This document shows positions 38,320-50,746 of a DNA stretch of 64,000 bases, piece by piece. The DNA lies in NCBI RefSeq assembly GCF_963506605.1, contig NC_083285.1, positions 26,722,001-26,786,000 on the forward strand, written 5' to 3'. Each line of letters begins with the position of its first letter. Position 1 is the stretch's first letter. Source of the DNA: Zootoca vivipara (taxonomy: Eukaryota). The notes below the pieces were generated by a model. The model was not told the origin of the DNA. It made no database searches and saw only the letters and a list, made by a program, of their open reading frames with translations. Position numbers and translations under genes: made by a program.

Positions 38320-40260
38320 GACAGCTTACTGCTACCAGAACTGTTGACTTGCAGCAGGAAAAATTCCTGTCTGGTCCCGTCTTCCACTTTTAGTACTTTT
38401 TGTATGTAACATTTTCATTATTCAATGTTCCAGAGGTCTCATTTTTCAGGATTTCTGAGCAATGAGGCAGTAATACTGAACAATTGCTCTATCAAGTGTT
38501 TTGGAGCTCAAGCAAACAAACACATTAAGTTTTGCATGACAGATGTTGAATTTATTAAACATTCTCAGATGTGGCTGTATTTTTGCACCAACAAGTGTTT
38601 GATAACAGTCTAAAAGCATGGAGATGTACTGTATTTCCATAGTTCCTGTGAAATAATCTTGTGGGTATTTTGTAACACAACCACCTACAGTTTCTGATGG
38701 CAAGTAAGTAGAAGTGTTAGTTTCTGTCTGGTTTTTGGCTTCTGTTGCTGTAAAAGCTTCATCTGTGTCAGCCTAAGAATGAGAAAGGAATTAAGTCTTG
38801 GTAATTGCTGAGAGAAAACAAACTGAATACAGGTTTACTGGTTTTGTATATAAATGTAGATGCTGGTGGCGGAGGCAGCAAAAGTAATCTTGTTTTGTGA
38901 GGATGTCTGCATTAAAGCAGTGAATAAGCTTCCTATTTTATTCATAACCTAATGTTTTATATGTTTTGGCTGTACCATTACATAAAGGCCAAACACCTTG
39001 AAGTATTAGATACAAGTTAAATATCTTTTATAGGTTTTATATTAAAATATATGGTTATGATTTTTGTGTGAATGGTCTGATATTGTAACTGTGATAATGG
39101 ATTCAAAATTATGTGAGCAATAAAGACACAATTGGCAGGTACTCAAACACTTTGTGAAAAGCTGTTATTTATTACAAAGAGAAGCTCTGACAAAATTGAC
39201 CACTGGGGAATATACTTTCTTATATGGTTTTGCTACCTAGGCATGTGTAAAATTAAACAGATGCACATATTTTTGGAAACAAAAATCTTATTGTTAGAGC
39301 TTAGAAGTGCAGAACACTTACAGCAAGAATTTATGTTCAATATTAAATGTGTGCATTGTTTACACCTAAAACTACAAAAATGTTGACCTTTAGTTGAAAA
39401 TATAAAATAATTGGATTCAGTAATTCCTGTTGAAGCAGCATAATTTGTCAATCCACCTGGATATTGCATAAGTGAAGAGATGGGAAACCAGCCAGTTTAA
39501 AATACATTTATTAAAGCCCAGTTTTTATTGTAGATATGGATCTGCAGCATGAACTTGCACAAATGCACGTTTTCTTATGGTTAAGTGAACATGATGCACA
39601 CTTCTGTAACAGAAAATCCTATTGTGCCTTACCTTTGTGCTTTTTTGTGGGCAACATGTTTAATAATGGTGGACGGTTTCTTATCTTTGAAAAAAACTTG
39701 GTCTATGTCCTGGATGCTAATGAACAAGTATATGTAATATAATCAGCCATGCAAAATTCTACTCACCAAGAACAAGTACATATTTTTGACCAGCGAGTAG
39801 ATTTTGTCAAGTCTGGTAAATTTTTCATGATTTACTATATACATATACAAATATGTACAATATATGTATATGTATTATATGTATATAATCAGATTTTGCT
39901 GTATTTGTGCATCATAGTGATTTATTGAGCTGAGTAACCATCTTGTGACCTGTTGCAAGTGTGAATGTAAAATTTAGTTGTGGCAGTTTAAAAGGTTGCC
40001 TTTTGATGCAGTCGCATCGTTCTTGCTTCTAAACTATTTGTAAACACACTGTACATTTATTATAGTAATCTGTACTATTATGCAGCTTATTTTACCTTTA
40101 AAATGTTGACCAATATTCCTCCCTGCAAGACAGATGGGAATGTGTATAATACCTTGGACATTTGAGAAATATCAGATGTTTGTAATTTGTAATTTGTCCT
40201 GTAAAAACACAAAAGCAAAACTAAACTAATTAAAGATTTATTAGGGCTTTTTACACACGT
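38320..40260 (+). other. LEMD3: Probable LEMD3 3' UTR with candidate poly(A) signals
   Basis: Repeat-free AT-rich stretch; AATAAA 39119-39124 and ATTAAA 40229-40234; the 3' end is inferred. Confidence 0.6.
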
Positions 40261-40269
40261 GTCAGTTTT

Positions 40270-40341
40270 TGTGACATTCTGGGGCTTATGGCAGCTCTTG
40301 TATACTGTGACATTCTGGGGCTTATGACAGCTCTTGTATAC
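40270..40341. repeat. 36-bp tandem duplication (2 copies, 1 mismatch)
   Basis: tgtgacattctggggcttatg(g/a)cagctcttgtatac twice. Confidence 0.95.
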
Positions 40342-40641
40342 TTCTTTTTTTGGGGTGGAAGAAGGCATGGAAGAGGGTTCAATATAGACTGCAGCACAAA
40401 AAGCCACACTATACCACATTCCCTTAAACAGTGTTTTTCATGCTGCCAGTTTCTGCTAACAGTACTGAAAAATGGAGAGCCTTAGTTTGACACCAACTCC
40501 AGGCTAGATACCATTGGTACATAATATGGCTTGCTATCAGAATTCCATAAATATGTGTGCTTATAGAAGGTTGTGAGATAACTACTATATACAAAAATGC
40601 AATTGCAAGAGAACCTGTTTGGTTCCAGCCATTCATTTAAA

Positions 40642-41753
40642 TTTTTTTTAATAATATTTTTTATTGAACATTTTTTCAACAAACATACACCAAACATACA
40701 AAATACAAAATACAAAAACACATCAAAAACATCAAAATACAAAATACAAAAATATAACAAAAAAAAAATATCATTTCTCATCCATTATAATACTCATTGT
40801 CTTCAGGCTTCCCCAATTCCCTACTATCTGGTTTTCATTTTTTTTAAACTTCTATAGCAGTTTCTAAATCATCTTCTTTCCCATCATGCAATCCCTTTAA
40901 AACTTCCAAGTTAATTCATCTTCATATCATTTACCCTAATTTCAAACTTTAAATCTTCTATTGTTTCCCTAATGCCTTAACCTCTTTACTTTCCTGGATT
41001 TTCAAACTCTAATTATCGAATACATTCCCTATATACATTTTAAATTTCTTCCAGTCCTTTGAAACTTTGTCATTTGTCTGGTCCCGGAGTCTTCCTGTCA
41101 ATTCTGCTAATTCCATATAGTCCATCATTTTCATTTGCCATTCCTGCTTTGAAGGCAATTCTTCTTTTTTCCAATATTTTGCTAATAAAATCCTAGCGGC
41201 TGCGGTGGCATACATAAACAGATTAACATCATCCTTGGGGATTTCTTCCCCAATTATTCCAAGCAAAAAGGCTTCCGGTTTTTTCAAAAATGTGTTCTTA
41301 AACATCTTTTTCAATTCATTGTAAATCATTTCCCAGAAGCCTTTTATCTTAGGGCATGTCCACCACATATGGTAGAATGAGCCAACATCCTGTTTACATT
41401 TCCAACATTTATTGTCGCTTTTGTGGTACATTTTAGCTAGCTTGACCGGCGTCAGATACCATCTATACATCATTTTCATCAAATTTTCCTTCAACACCGT
41501 ACAAGCCGTAAATTTCATACCTTTCTTCCACAATTTTTCCCACTCCGACATCATCACATTATGACCCAGATCCTTGGCCCATTCAATCATAACTGATTTT
41601 GTTTGCTCATCTTTCAAATGCCATTCTAACAACAAATTATACATTCTGGACAAATTCTTGTGATCTGTCTCTAATAACTCCGTCTCTAATTTCGATTTTT
41701 CTGATTGGAATCCTAATTTTTTGTCTAACTTGAATACCTCATTTATCTGCACA
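40642..41753 (-). mobile_element. 5'-truncated young L1 (ORF2 C-terminus, 3' UTR, poly(A))
   Basis: Open frame of ~248 codons to the stop at 41009, with zinc knuckle CWKC..HMWWTC; T-run at the left; 18-bp TSD TCCAGCCATTCATTTAAA (40624-40641, 41754-41771). Confidence 0.92.
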
Positions 41754-41772
41754 TCCAGCCATTCATTTAAAC

Positions 41773-41908
41773 CAGGCACCCCCAAACTGCAGCCCTCCAG
41801 ATGTTTTGGCCTACCACTCCCATGATCCCTAGCTAACAGGCCCAGTGGTTGAGGAAGAAGGGAATTGTAGTCCAAAACATCTGGAGGGCCGAAGTTTGGG
41901 GATGCCTG
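41773..41908. mobile_element. 136-bp hAT MITE
   Basis: Same TIRs as 24602; TSD ATTTAAAC. Confidence 0.9.
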
Positions 41909-43115
41909 ATTTAAACCTTTGTATAGTGAGTGGAAAAGACAACTTTAGAAGATGCTCAACTCCTTGTTTACAAGAAGCAAAATGGAGAAAGTATAGGAAC
42001 ACCACAAAAGGCGTTCATTATTTTAAAGATTCTTCAATATTTTATAAAGACACCAAACTTCCTGCTTTTATCAGTTGCCTTTATGAAAACTCTGTTGGAT
42101 GAACCTGGAAAGCATAGTACATGCCTACTGCCATTCAGAAACCTTGGTGTACTGCTGCTGGGAGTTTATGCTCCCAGTGTCTCTTGGTGGTGGTCTTTTC
42201 TTTTAAAAGCAGTGCTTTTTAATGTGAGCTTTTTCTAGCCTTATGATTCACTCTGCCAAATACACCAAAGCTGAACAGCAGTGAGCCCTTTGAATTCTAA
42301 AAGGATTTATGTGTCTTTGTGAAATCTTTTTAAAGTAGTACTTTATTTCTTCCACCAGGTTTTATGAGAGGGGAAACAATGCATTTGTTTATGCTGATGC
42401 TTTTGTTTTAAGTCATTTCAGCATCTGAGGGAGTAGACTCTCTAGTCTAGAAGCTCATGTCCCAGAAGGAAGCTGGAAGTTCCTATTTTAATAAGCTGCA
42501 GACTAATCCAGTTCTGCCCTTAAAAACCTTTTTATTGTGCCGCCTTGAAGCTTCCTTAGGAATTATCCTTCATAGTGGGTGGGGCTGTAGCTCTAAGGTG
42601 TAGGGCACATCCTTTTGTGTGCACAAGGTCCCGCATTCAACCCCCAACATCTCCAGGTAGTGCTGGCAGAGACCCACGTTTAAAACCCTGGAGAACTACT
42701 GCTAGTCAGTGTAGTAAATACTGACCAATAGTAAATACCGACCAACCTTAGACTTGGGTCCCCAGCTGTTGGACTGCAAGTCCCATCATGCCTGACCACA
42801 GGTCCTGCTGGCTATGGATGATGGGAGTTGTAGTCTTAATGGCTGGTGACCCACATTTGAGAAATACTGAATTCTGATCTTTTTGCTGCACCACTAAATA
42901 GCTGCCATGGATTTTGTAGGCTTCAAGCTTTTTTTAAAAAAAAAAAATTGCCAAAATTACTTACTTGGACCTAACAAGGCAAGAGGTCTGATGACTTCTT
43001 TCCACCCTGGGTATGGGTGGGATGCTTATCTGTACTACACTTTTACCATGTTCTGGTCTTTTTCTAAATAGCTCTATGAAGAACACTCAACTGTAATAAA
43101 AAGTATTTTCATATA

Positions 43116-44375
43116 CGAGGGGCGATCATTAAAAATTTCCCCTGACGTACTTCCCATGGACTAAGACAAACTAAACTTGGCACGGTTATTAGTCCATCTC
43201 TACATAGCTACCAGGAAGAGTCACACACTTCTCCCATCGCTTTATGCAGCTGTGGAGACCCCGTCTGTAGAAGCCGGCAGGTTGCGTCAGAAGCCTCAAC
43301 TTTGCCTCAGAAATCAGCATTTCATTGTCTGGAAAAAGCTTGCCCTTCAAAAAATAACTTCATGGTTGGAAAGAGTTGGAAGTTCGATGGTGTGGGGTCA
43401 GGAGAATAAGGGGGGTGAGGAAGTATTTCATAGGCACCGGACTGTGCTGAGCAACATGCGAGTTGTGAATCAGGGTGTTATCCTGCAGGAGGCAGACACC
43501 TTTGGTCAGCATACCACGCCTCTCGATTTTGATGGCCTTTCGTAATTTCTACAGCAGTGAAGCGTAGTATGTCCCGGTAATTGTGGTAACCTTTGCCAGG
43601 AAATCCATCATCACTACTCCACGCTGGTCCCAAAAGACAGCATGACCTTGCCCGCTGATGGTTGGACGCATGCCTTCTTTGGAGGTGATGAAGTAGGGTG
43701 CTTCCATTGTTTGGACTGGGATTTAGTCTCTGGGTCATAACGATGGACCCATGTTTCCTCCTGAGCAATTAGTCTGGCGAAGAAGTCGTCATGGTTTTCA
43801 TGACACATGGCCAGAAGAGCCCATGAGCATGTGACTCGATCCTGCTTCTGGAAAGGTGTCAGCAGCTGGGGAACCCACTGTGCGGGCACCTTTCCCATGT
43901 GAAATGGTCATGGATGATTTTTTTCCTACAGAGACCACACTGATCTTGATGTCTGCAGCTAGTTGCCGAACAGTTATGTGGCGATCCTCCAAAATGGCGG
44001 CCTCCACTTGCTGGATGGTGCCTTCATCATTGACGGACTGTGGTCATCCAGGAATGGGAGCCGTTCCACCAAAGTCCAACCACACTTGAACTGACAATGC
44101 CCATGCTTGATTATGTCATACGATGGAGCATCCTCCCCATAAGTCCCTTTCATCTCATTGGACGTCTCCCGTGGTGTGCGCCCTTTCAAGTACAGGAACC
44201 TGATGGCTGCTCTGCTTCAACTGGTTCCATTATCAGATGTTATGCCACATTAGCACCCATAACAGAGAAACTGTTAGGGGTCAGAGCTACAAATTACCAA
44301 GTTACCCACGTGCAATTTCATCCTCCTATGATAACCGGAAGTGGGTCAGGGGAAATCTTTAATGAGCGACCCTCA
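43116..44375 (-). mobile_element. Near full-length decayed mariner (Tc1/mariner) transposon; transposase pseudogene
   Basis: TA TSDs; imperfect TIRs CGAGGGGCGATCATTAAAAATTTCCCCTGAC / GTCAGGGGAAATCTTTAATGAGCGACCCTCA; frameshifted motifs WVPQLLT, ETWVHRYDPETK, SAGKVM, PYSPDPTPSNF. Confidence 0.9.
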
Positions 44376-44739
44376 TATTAAAAAAAGTACTCTGACCTAC
44401 CTACCTTATGCCTCATAGGAGATGCTGAAGAAAGGCAAATGGAAAGGTTAATGTAGCTAGCGCCTGAGTTTGCTTCCACCCCCACCTCCTTCCCAGTTCC
44501 TTCTCCTTTTGCATCGTGTCTTTTAGGCTGTGATCCTGATGAGGGGTGTGTGTGTGTGCGGATTGCTTTTTTTTACAGATTTCTCAGCAAGCCCGTCTTA
44601 CTTGTTTTGGACTTGGAGAAGCTGGCTGGAGGAGAAAAAAAAAGCCAATCAAATAAAGCGCCCTGTTTGCAGCAGAGCTCTCAAAAGGCACACGGCCAAA
44701 TTCCTGCTGGAAGCAGAGCGATAGGGACCCATCATCACC

Positions 44740-45360
44740 CGGGGACTTGATTCTGCTGGGCGTCAGGAGTTCGCCTCCCCGGGAGGGGGGGGCGGAGTGA
44801 CGTTCACCCCGGGGTGCCTTCCTTTCTCTCTTTACAGAGAGTAAACCACAACGCAGTAAAACCACAGCCCCTGTTTATCCGTAAGGCAGGGGAGTTGCTC
44901 GGCTGACCCCCTCGGCCGGCTTCTCCACGGCTCGCACTCTCTATGCTCATATTTGGAGATGCCTGGGCAGCCGGTGCCCAGGAATTTCCCGTCATGCCTC
45001 TCCGAGAGGCGGCTGGGCCTGTCATTTCGCCGGGCCGTAGGCGGGCAGCGTAGCTGAGAGGGAGGGGGGAGACGGTGCCTTCAGCCCCGGCTACTGCTGC
45101 TGCTGCTGCTGCTTCTCCTCCTCCTCCTTGTTCTTCCCGCGTTTACTTTCCGCCTCTCCGCCCTCCATGCGCGCGGAGTTTCCCTCTCTGCTGCTGCTCA
45201 ACTTGTCTTGCCTTGTGGCGGCCGCTGCGCTGGTGGCAGGTAAGGGAGACGCCGTCGCCCGTCATTGCTGCAGACCGGGCAGCCTGCCCTGCCTGCCTGC
45301 CTCCGTTAGGGTTTCTAGAGCTTTCCAACCCGGCCCCGCTTCCTCGCCCCACCCCACAGA
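44740..45360. promoter_or_regulatory. MSRB3: MSRB3 CpG island / promoter
   Basis: CpG-rich; GC box 44790-44795; TGACGT 44798-44803; (CTG)n(CCT)n tract ~45084-45128. Confidence 0.75.
45167..45239 (+). CDS. MSRB3: MSRB3 first coding exon, ER signal-peptide isoform
   Basis: MRAEFPSLLLLNLSCLVAAAALVA-G is a hydrophobic signal peptide; donor GCAG|gtaagg, phase 1; in a CpG island downstream of LEMD3 (synteny). Confidence 0.75.
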
Positions 45361-46972
45361 ACCTTAAAAGTCTAGGGAAAGGAGGCTGTTTCATCCCTTC
45401 CTGAAACTCAGGCGTGTCTACTCGGAAGTAAGACCCCGCTGAGTTCAGTGGCGGTCTCCAGGTAAGTGGGCACAGCAAGAAGCACTCCTAGCCTAGGAGT
45501 CCTAACTCACAAGGGCTGAGGTCCCTTCGCCTCCCTTCCCCCCATAAAATAATATTTGAGGTCCCCCCCCCAAAAGTTGATAGGCATTGTCATTCAAATG
45601 GTTCATGTGCACCGTGAATTGTTATCGATTTTGTGACGGACGGGGCTTACACCCCCCCCCCCAATATTTTGATCAAGTTGGCACCCCAACTCCTAGACTG
45701 CAGCCCACTTAACCTGGGAGCAAGTGCCGTAGAAACTAATGGAATTTTCCCTTGAGTTAAAACAACAACAATCAATGCACACAAATGTCTTCGGAGTGGA
45801 CACTGTGCTTATCTAAAAGGAAAAGCCTTTACTTTTTGTCTCAGGGGGTTAAGAAGGTCATCTTAGTAATTGTGGCCATAAAACCAAGGGCTGGTAATGA
45901 TTTCTGGGTTAAATATAGAGTAAGGATGTATGGAAAGGTTGCCCTGCTTGGAGGATCGTAGGAAGGCCCTTCTCACCTAGTATAATGTTTCCAATGGCGG
46001 GTAGCCACATCACAGCCTCTGGAAGCTCCCGACAGGAGCATGACGTACAACAAATCTGCATGTTGCCTATGTGCAGTTAGCCAACTTTAGCATCAGGATT
46101 TAAAGATCTTGTGGTGTGGTGTCCTCTTAAGATAGCGGCGTGTGTTGAACCAGCCCCAGCTGCATTTAGGGACCCTGCTCCTCATTCTGCTAAGTGGGAC
46201 CCTGCACTTCTGTCGCAAAGTCCTGCCTGGACGGCAGCACTGCTTATGTGGCAACAAAGGCCAAAAGTGTACTATACTTTATTTGGTTTGCTTTTGGCAC
46301 CTGCAGTAAGCTGGAGGGTAATGGGAGGGGGGAACCCTCACTCTCATAGTACAGGGTTGCCTCTAGATCCTCTTTGTAAGGATCCTGTACTGAAGGAATT
46401 TATATTTGTTTTCCCGTTTTGGGTGGGCAGGGGGATCATGTAATAATTCCCAAAGCAAATAGTGTTCTAAAGCGGAAGTTATTTAATGGTCCAAAGTGAG
46501 CTTATGACTCGTGAATAGAAATAAAGCTGTTGGCAATTTTCTGGACTCTTGAGAATGTATGTCCTAACTGGCCATGGAATGTTGGAATGCTAGATATAAA
46601 TCACATCCTATTGTGGGCTTGGAAAATAGTTTACTCTTTGTTTTAATGCTGTGGAACCATGATGCACAGGTGAAATCATTTCAATCTCTGTACACAAAGT
46701 ACAAAATAGATACAGAGGACCAGGAGGAGCTCCTTTTTTGAATTCATAAATGAGGCTTAATACTTTACACACAGAACTATGCACATATAAATGAATCCTT
46801 GCAACAACAACAACAAAAAAGCAGACAAGCAACCTTTCATTAGCTAATTACTTTAAAGGTTTTGGGATTTCACATTGTAAAACTTCCCTTTCTAGTTGCT
46901 GATATTGAATCCTCTCACAAAAAATAATAGCATGACCTAGAACAGAAAGAGGAAGACTAAGATACACAATAT

Positions 46973-47308
46973 TTTAGAGTTAGCAAAGTTAACAGACAAA
47001 CTGTGTGAAAAGGACAATAGTGGTTTTGAAAAAGAATGGGAACCCTTTACAATATATTTGCAGAAACAAAAAAAATGGACTCGTTGGCAGGATTTAAATA
47101 AACATTTACCATTTTATTTATAGAGAACAAGAAGTGTAACAATATGATAACATTATATACAAACAGCAGAAAGTATCATTTGATGTAATAAACCAGAAAT
47201 GGAAGCTGAGGAAAGTCAAAAGGGAGAGGGAAAAATTGGAAAATGAATGTTTTGTAATGATATTGGATATTTGTTACAAGAAAAGAAAATCAATATTTTT
47301 TTTTAAAA
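46973..47308 (+). mobile_element. Short L1 3' fragment
   Basis: LELAKLTDKL..FEKEWEPFTIYLQ resembles the L1 ORF2 end; 14-bp TSD AAGATACACAATAT (46959-46972, 47309-47322). Confidence 0.75.
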
Positions 47309-49173
47309 AAGATACACAATATATTAACATTTAGGTCTTTCCCCAAAGTTTATTGTAAGATGGAAGCAATGATTTAAATTAGTGCTGTGAAAAAGTATTC
47401 TTGGAATAAGATCAGAAAGATGCTTTATTATACATTGAGAGACACTTTTTTGTTGTTCTTCTCCCAGAATCTTGGGCAGGCTTTCAAAGCTGCAAGGTAG
47501 TCCAACAGATATTGTTTCCTAGTGTCCTGCTACCACCTTTGCCTAGTCAGCTGGAATTTGGGGGAAGTACTCTGTTTTCTGAACAGTGTTGACAATTCAG
47601 GGATTCCCTCATGCCTATCAGCTAAGCCATGTCAAGGAATCCCAATTCCTTTGGATGATGTCACTGGAAATACGGTAGTTCCCTGCTTATGGAATGCCTC
47701 CCTGGTGAGATGCATCTGTCCTACTCATTATTAACTTTCAGGAGGAATTTTAAAACATTCCTGTTTATGCAGGCATTTGATTGCAGTAATATACTTGGCA
47801 ACCTTGAAATTATTAGCTCTGACAATAAGTGACTTTCATTTTTAAAAATGTTTTTAATTTCTTAAAAGTTATAATTCCTATTCAGTTTTTGAATGCTGAT
47901 TTATTATTTCTTACTCTTAAATACATCCCAGTGTTCCTTCAATGCACATTGGAATTAGTAGTAGCATACTGCTCACAGGATTACATAGATAGAATGATGT
48001 GTGCCTTCCCCATATTCTAGCTCAGGGTGGCCCAACTTTTCATCCCAAGTGGGCAGCAAGAGTGCTTTTACACAGAACCCGCAGGTTTCACACTTCCTTT
48101 TCATGCAGGGATGGGAGTGGGGAGCAAGGTCAAAGTTTGATGCCCCCCCCACCAGCCCTTGCGCTGCCTTTGCAAAGCCAGCTAAGCAAGGAGGTATGAA
48201 GCTCTGGCAGGATCCTTGAGCCCTTCTACCTCTTTCCCAAAGCTGGGGAAAGTGCTAACTAGGCTTTCAGAAGGAGGCAGGAGGACTCTAGGGCCCTAAA
48301 TTCCTCCTTCCCAAAACCCAATGCCTTGCAATGCTTACCTTGCTTGGAGAAGTATACATCTGTAAGGTGACAGTTGCCTAGAATAAATTAGGAGAGGAAT
48401 GAAGTTTTTGTATATCAGTAGAATATAAACAGGTGATGAATACAAACATGTAGTGTACCAATAGAGTATCAGGAACTTGGTAGCTCAGCCAACCCCAGTG
48501 GGATTACGGTACTTTCACCACCCAAGCAAAGAAAACGGGGGATGCACCTTTAGGGCCCATTGGCAGCAGCATCTCTACCTGCTCCACAACTGATGCCACA
48601 TTTGACCTTAGGTGTGGGGCAGGTGAGCGTGGGTTTTGGGAAATGGCCTCTCAGACCAAACTGGGACCAGTGGCAACCTATGAAAACATAATTAAAGATT
48701 TGAAAAAGCTAGGTGAAGTAGACTCTATGCCATAAAAGCTTATGCCACAATTCACTAACAAATGAACGGTGCTGCACGACTTCTTGTTAATATTGTATGT
48801 CTCTCTTATCCATCTTAACTATTAGTTTCCCCAGGATACAATACCTGTCTGCTTTTATAAGAGGAAAAGGTTTGCACTGGGCTTTTTATTCTGAACTGAC
48901 AAAAGACCTCAAATACTCTTATTGATATTTCCCTTGAGTTGAAGGTTAGAGAAATGGTGAATTGGAGTAGACAGCTTCAGTATCTGCTGTTTTAGTATTT
49001 GTTGTAGCATAGTCACACCTAAATATCAGAATGTAAATCCTTACAGCCAAAGAGTGCCACCAAATGCAGTGCTTAAATTTTTCGTTAGAAGTTAATGGTA
49101 GCCATTCATTTATGGAAAAAAACTCCTGCTCTGGTGCATTTGGGGGCACCAGTGGTGCAGGGACTGTCTATTT

Positions 49174-49309
49174 TAGGCATAGGCAAACTTGGCCCTCAAG
49201 ATGTTTTGGGACTACAACTCCCATCATCCCTAGCTAACAGGACCAGTGGTTAGGGATGATGGGAGTTGTAGTCCCAAAACATCTTGAGGGCCGAGTTTGC
49301 CTATGCCTG
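49174..49309. mobile_element. 136-bp hAT MITE
   Basis: TIR (T)AGGCATAGGCAAACT / AGTTTGCCTATGCCTG; TSD GTCTATTT. Confidence 0.9.
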
Positions 49310-50610
49310 GTCTATTTACTGCCCCTGGTTATCCAGGACTGTTCATATCAGCAACACCCTTTGATTCTGTTATAAACTGTTCATCTTCAATCTTTCAAAT
49401 GTTGCTTTCCATCTTAATATCATGGTTATTTACAGTTATGTAAGTTTTATAAATTGGTTAAACTTAAAAATCAGGTTTAGCTGAATTAGGGGAAATGTTT
49501 GTGTGGGAGTGTTTAAATTGGCTTTATTCTAATCTTGTTTAAGATGGCAAGGAATCAGATTAAACTAAGCCAACTAAGGCGATTTTAAAGGAGAATAGGT
49601 GTCTCCACTAACTGGATTTTCACCTATTTAATTAAATAAGATTTCAAAAAGATTTTTGTTCAAACTAGACCAGAATCATTCCTTTAAACAGAGAATTGGC
49701 TCATGCATCAAGTGTTTAAAAGCAGAACAGCAGTACAGCAGAAAATAGATCTTGCCTGGCAATGTAGCAGCCTCCTCTGGCACGTACTGTACAGAGTTTA
49801 CCAAGGCACTAGTTTAATCTACTGCATCCAAAAATGCTTAACTGAGCACCTGTGCCATCTGTAGCCCTCCACTGGATGGAAGACCCTGGAACATGGGCCC
49901 TGGAACTTTGACTATAACATCAGTTTTCAGGGATAAGAAGAGACTAATATAATTACCCCCATGAATGTATATCTTTTTTGTGCCCATTTCTGTGGATTGC
50001 CTTCTAATTATAGATCCATTCTCTGTTACAGAGGTGGTGATCCATTTTCAGTCTGAGGGCCATATTTCCTCATGGGCAGCCTTATGGGCAGCCACATACC
50101 AGTGGTGGGCAGGGCCCAGAGTCAACAAGTCTACTCTTCTACTGGATTCTACTCTTACTTTTGTCCAGTAGGCTATATTACAGCTACCTAAAAGTCAGAC
50201 ATTTCAACACCCTGACCCACCACCCTCAGCAACTCTCTTCATCCAAACAAGCAAGAAGTATTTTTATCACAGTTCAAGAACACATTCCAGCCAGGCGAAA
50301 ACACCTGATGAGGGTGCAGAGCAGGACCAGTAATAGGAATCGCCTGGGGAGAATCTTCAGGAAATACAAAGGTCCATAGAGGGCCACATTTGTATCCCAG
50401 GCTGGTTATTCCCCATCTGAGCTCTATTACAACACCAGAATGTGCTCACTACACTTTCTTGGGCATCATCCTTGATCTTTGAAAATTTCCTACACTAAAT
50501 CCTACTCTTGTCCAGGAGCCAAATGCCTTATCAACAGAATGCCTATGGATGCCTATGCATTGCCTGACCTCATTTCATGAGTCACCATAGCCCTGCTTGA
50601 CCATCTAGTG

Positions 50611-50746
50611 CAGGCATCCCCAAACTGCGGCCCTCCAGATGTTTTGGCCTACAACTCCCATGATCCCTAGCTAACAGGACCAGTGGTCAGGGAAGATGGG
50701 AATTGTAGTCCAAAACATCTGGAGGGCCGAAGTTTGGGGATGCCTG
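50611..50746. mobile_element. 136-bp hAT MITE
   Basis: Same TIRs as 24602; TSD ATCTAGTG / GTCTAGTG. Confidence 0.9.

Noticed and set aside
41754-41875. 288-aa ORF as a MITE-L1 fusion gene
   Set aside because: The start is a TTG inside the MITE; a chance in-frame junction with a truncated L1 and no promoter evidence
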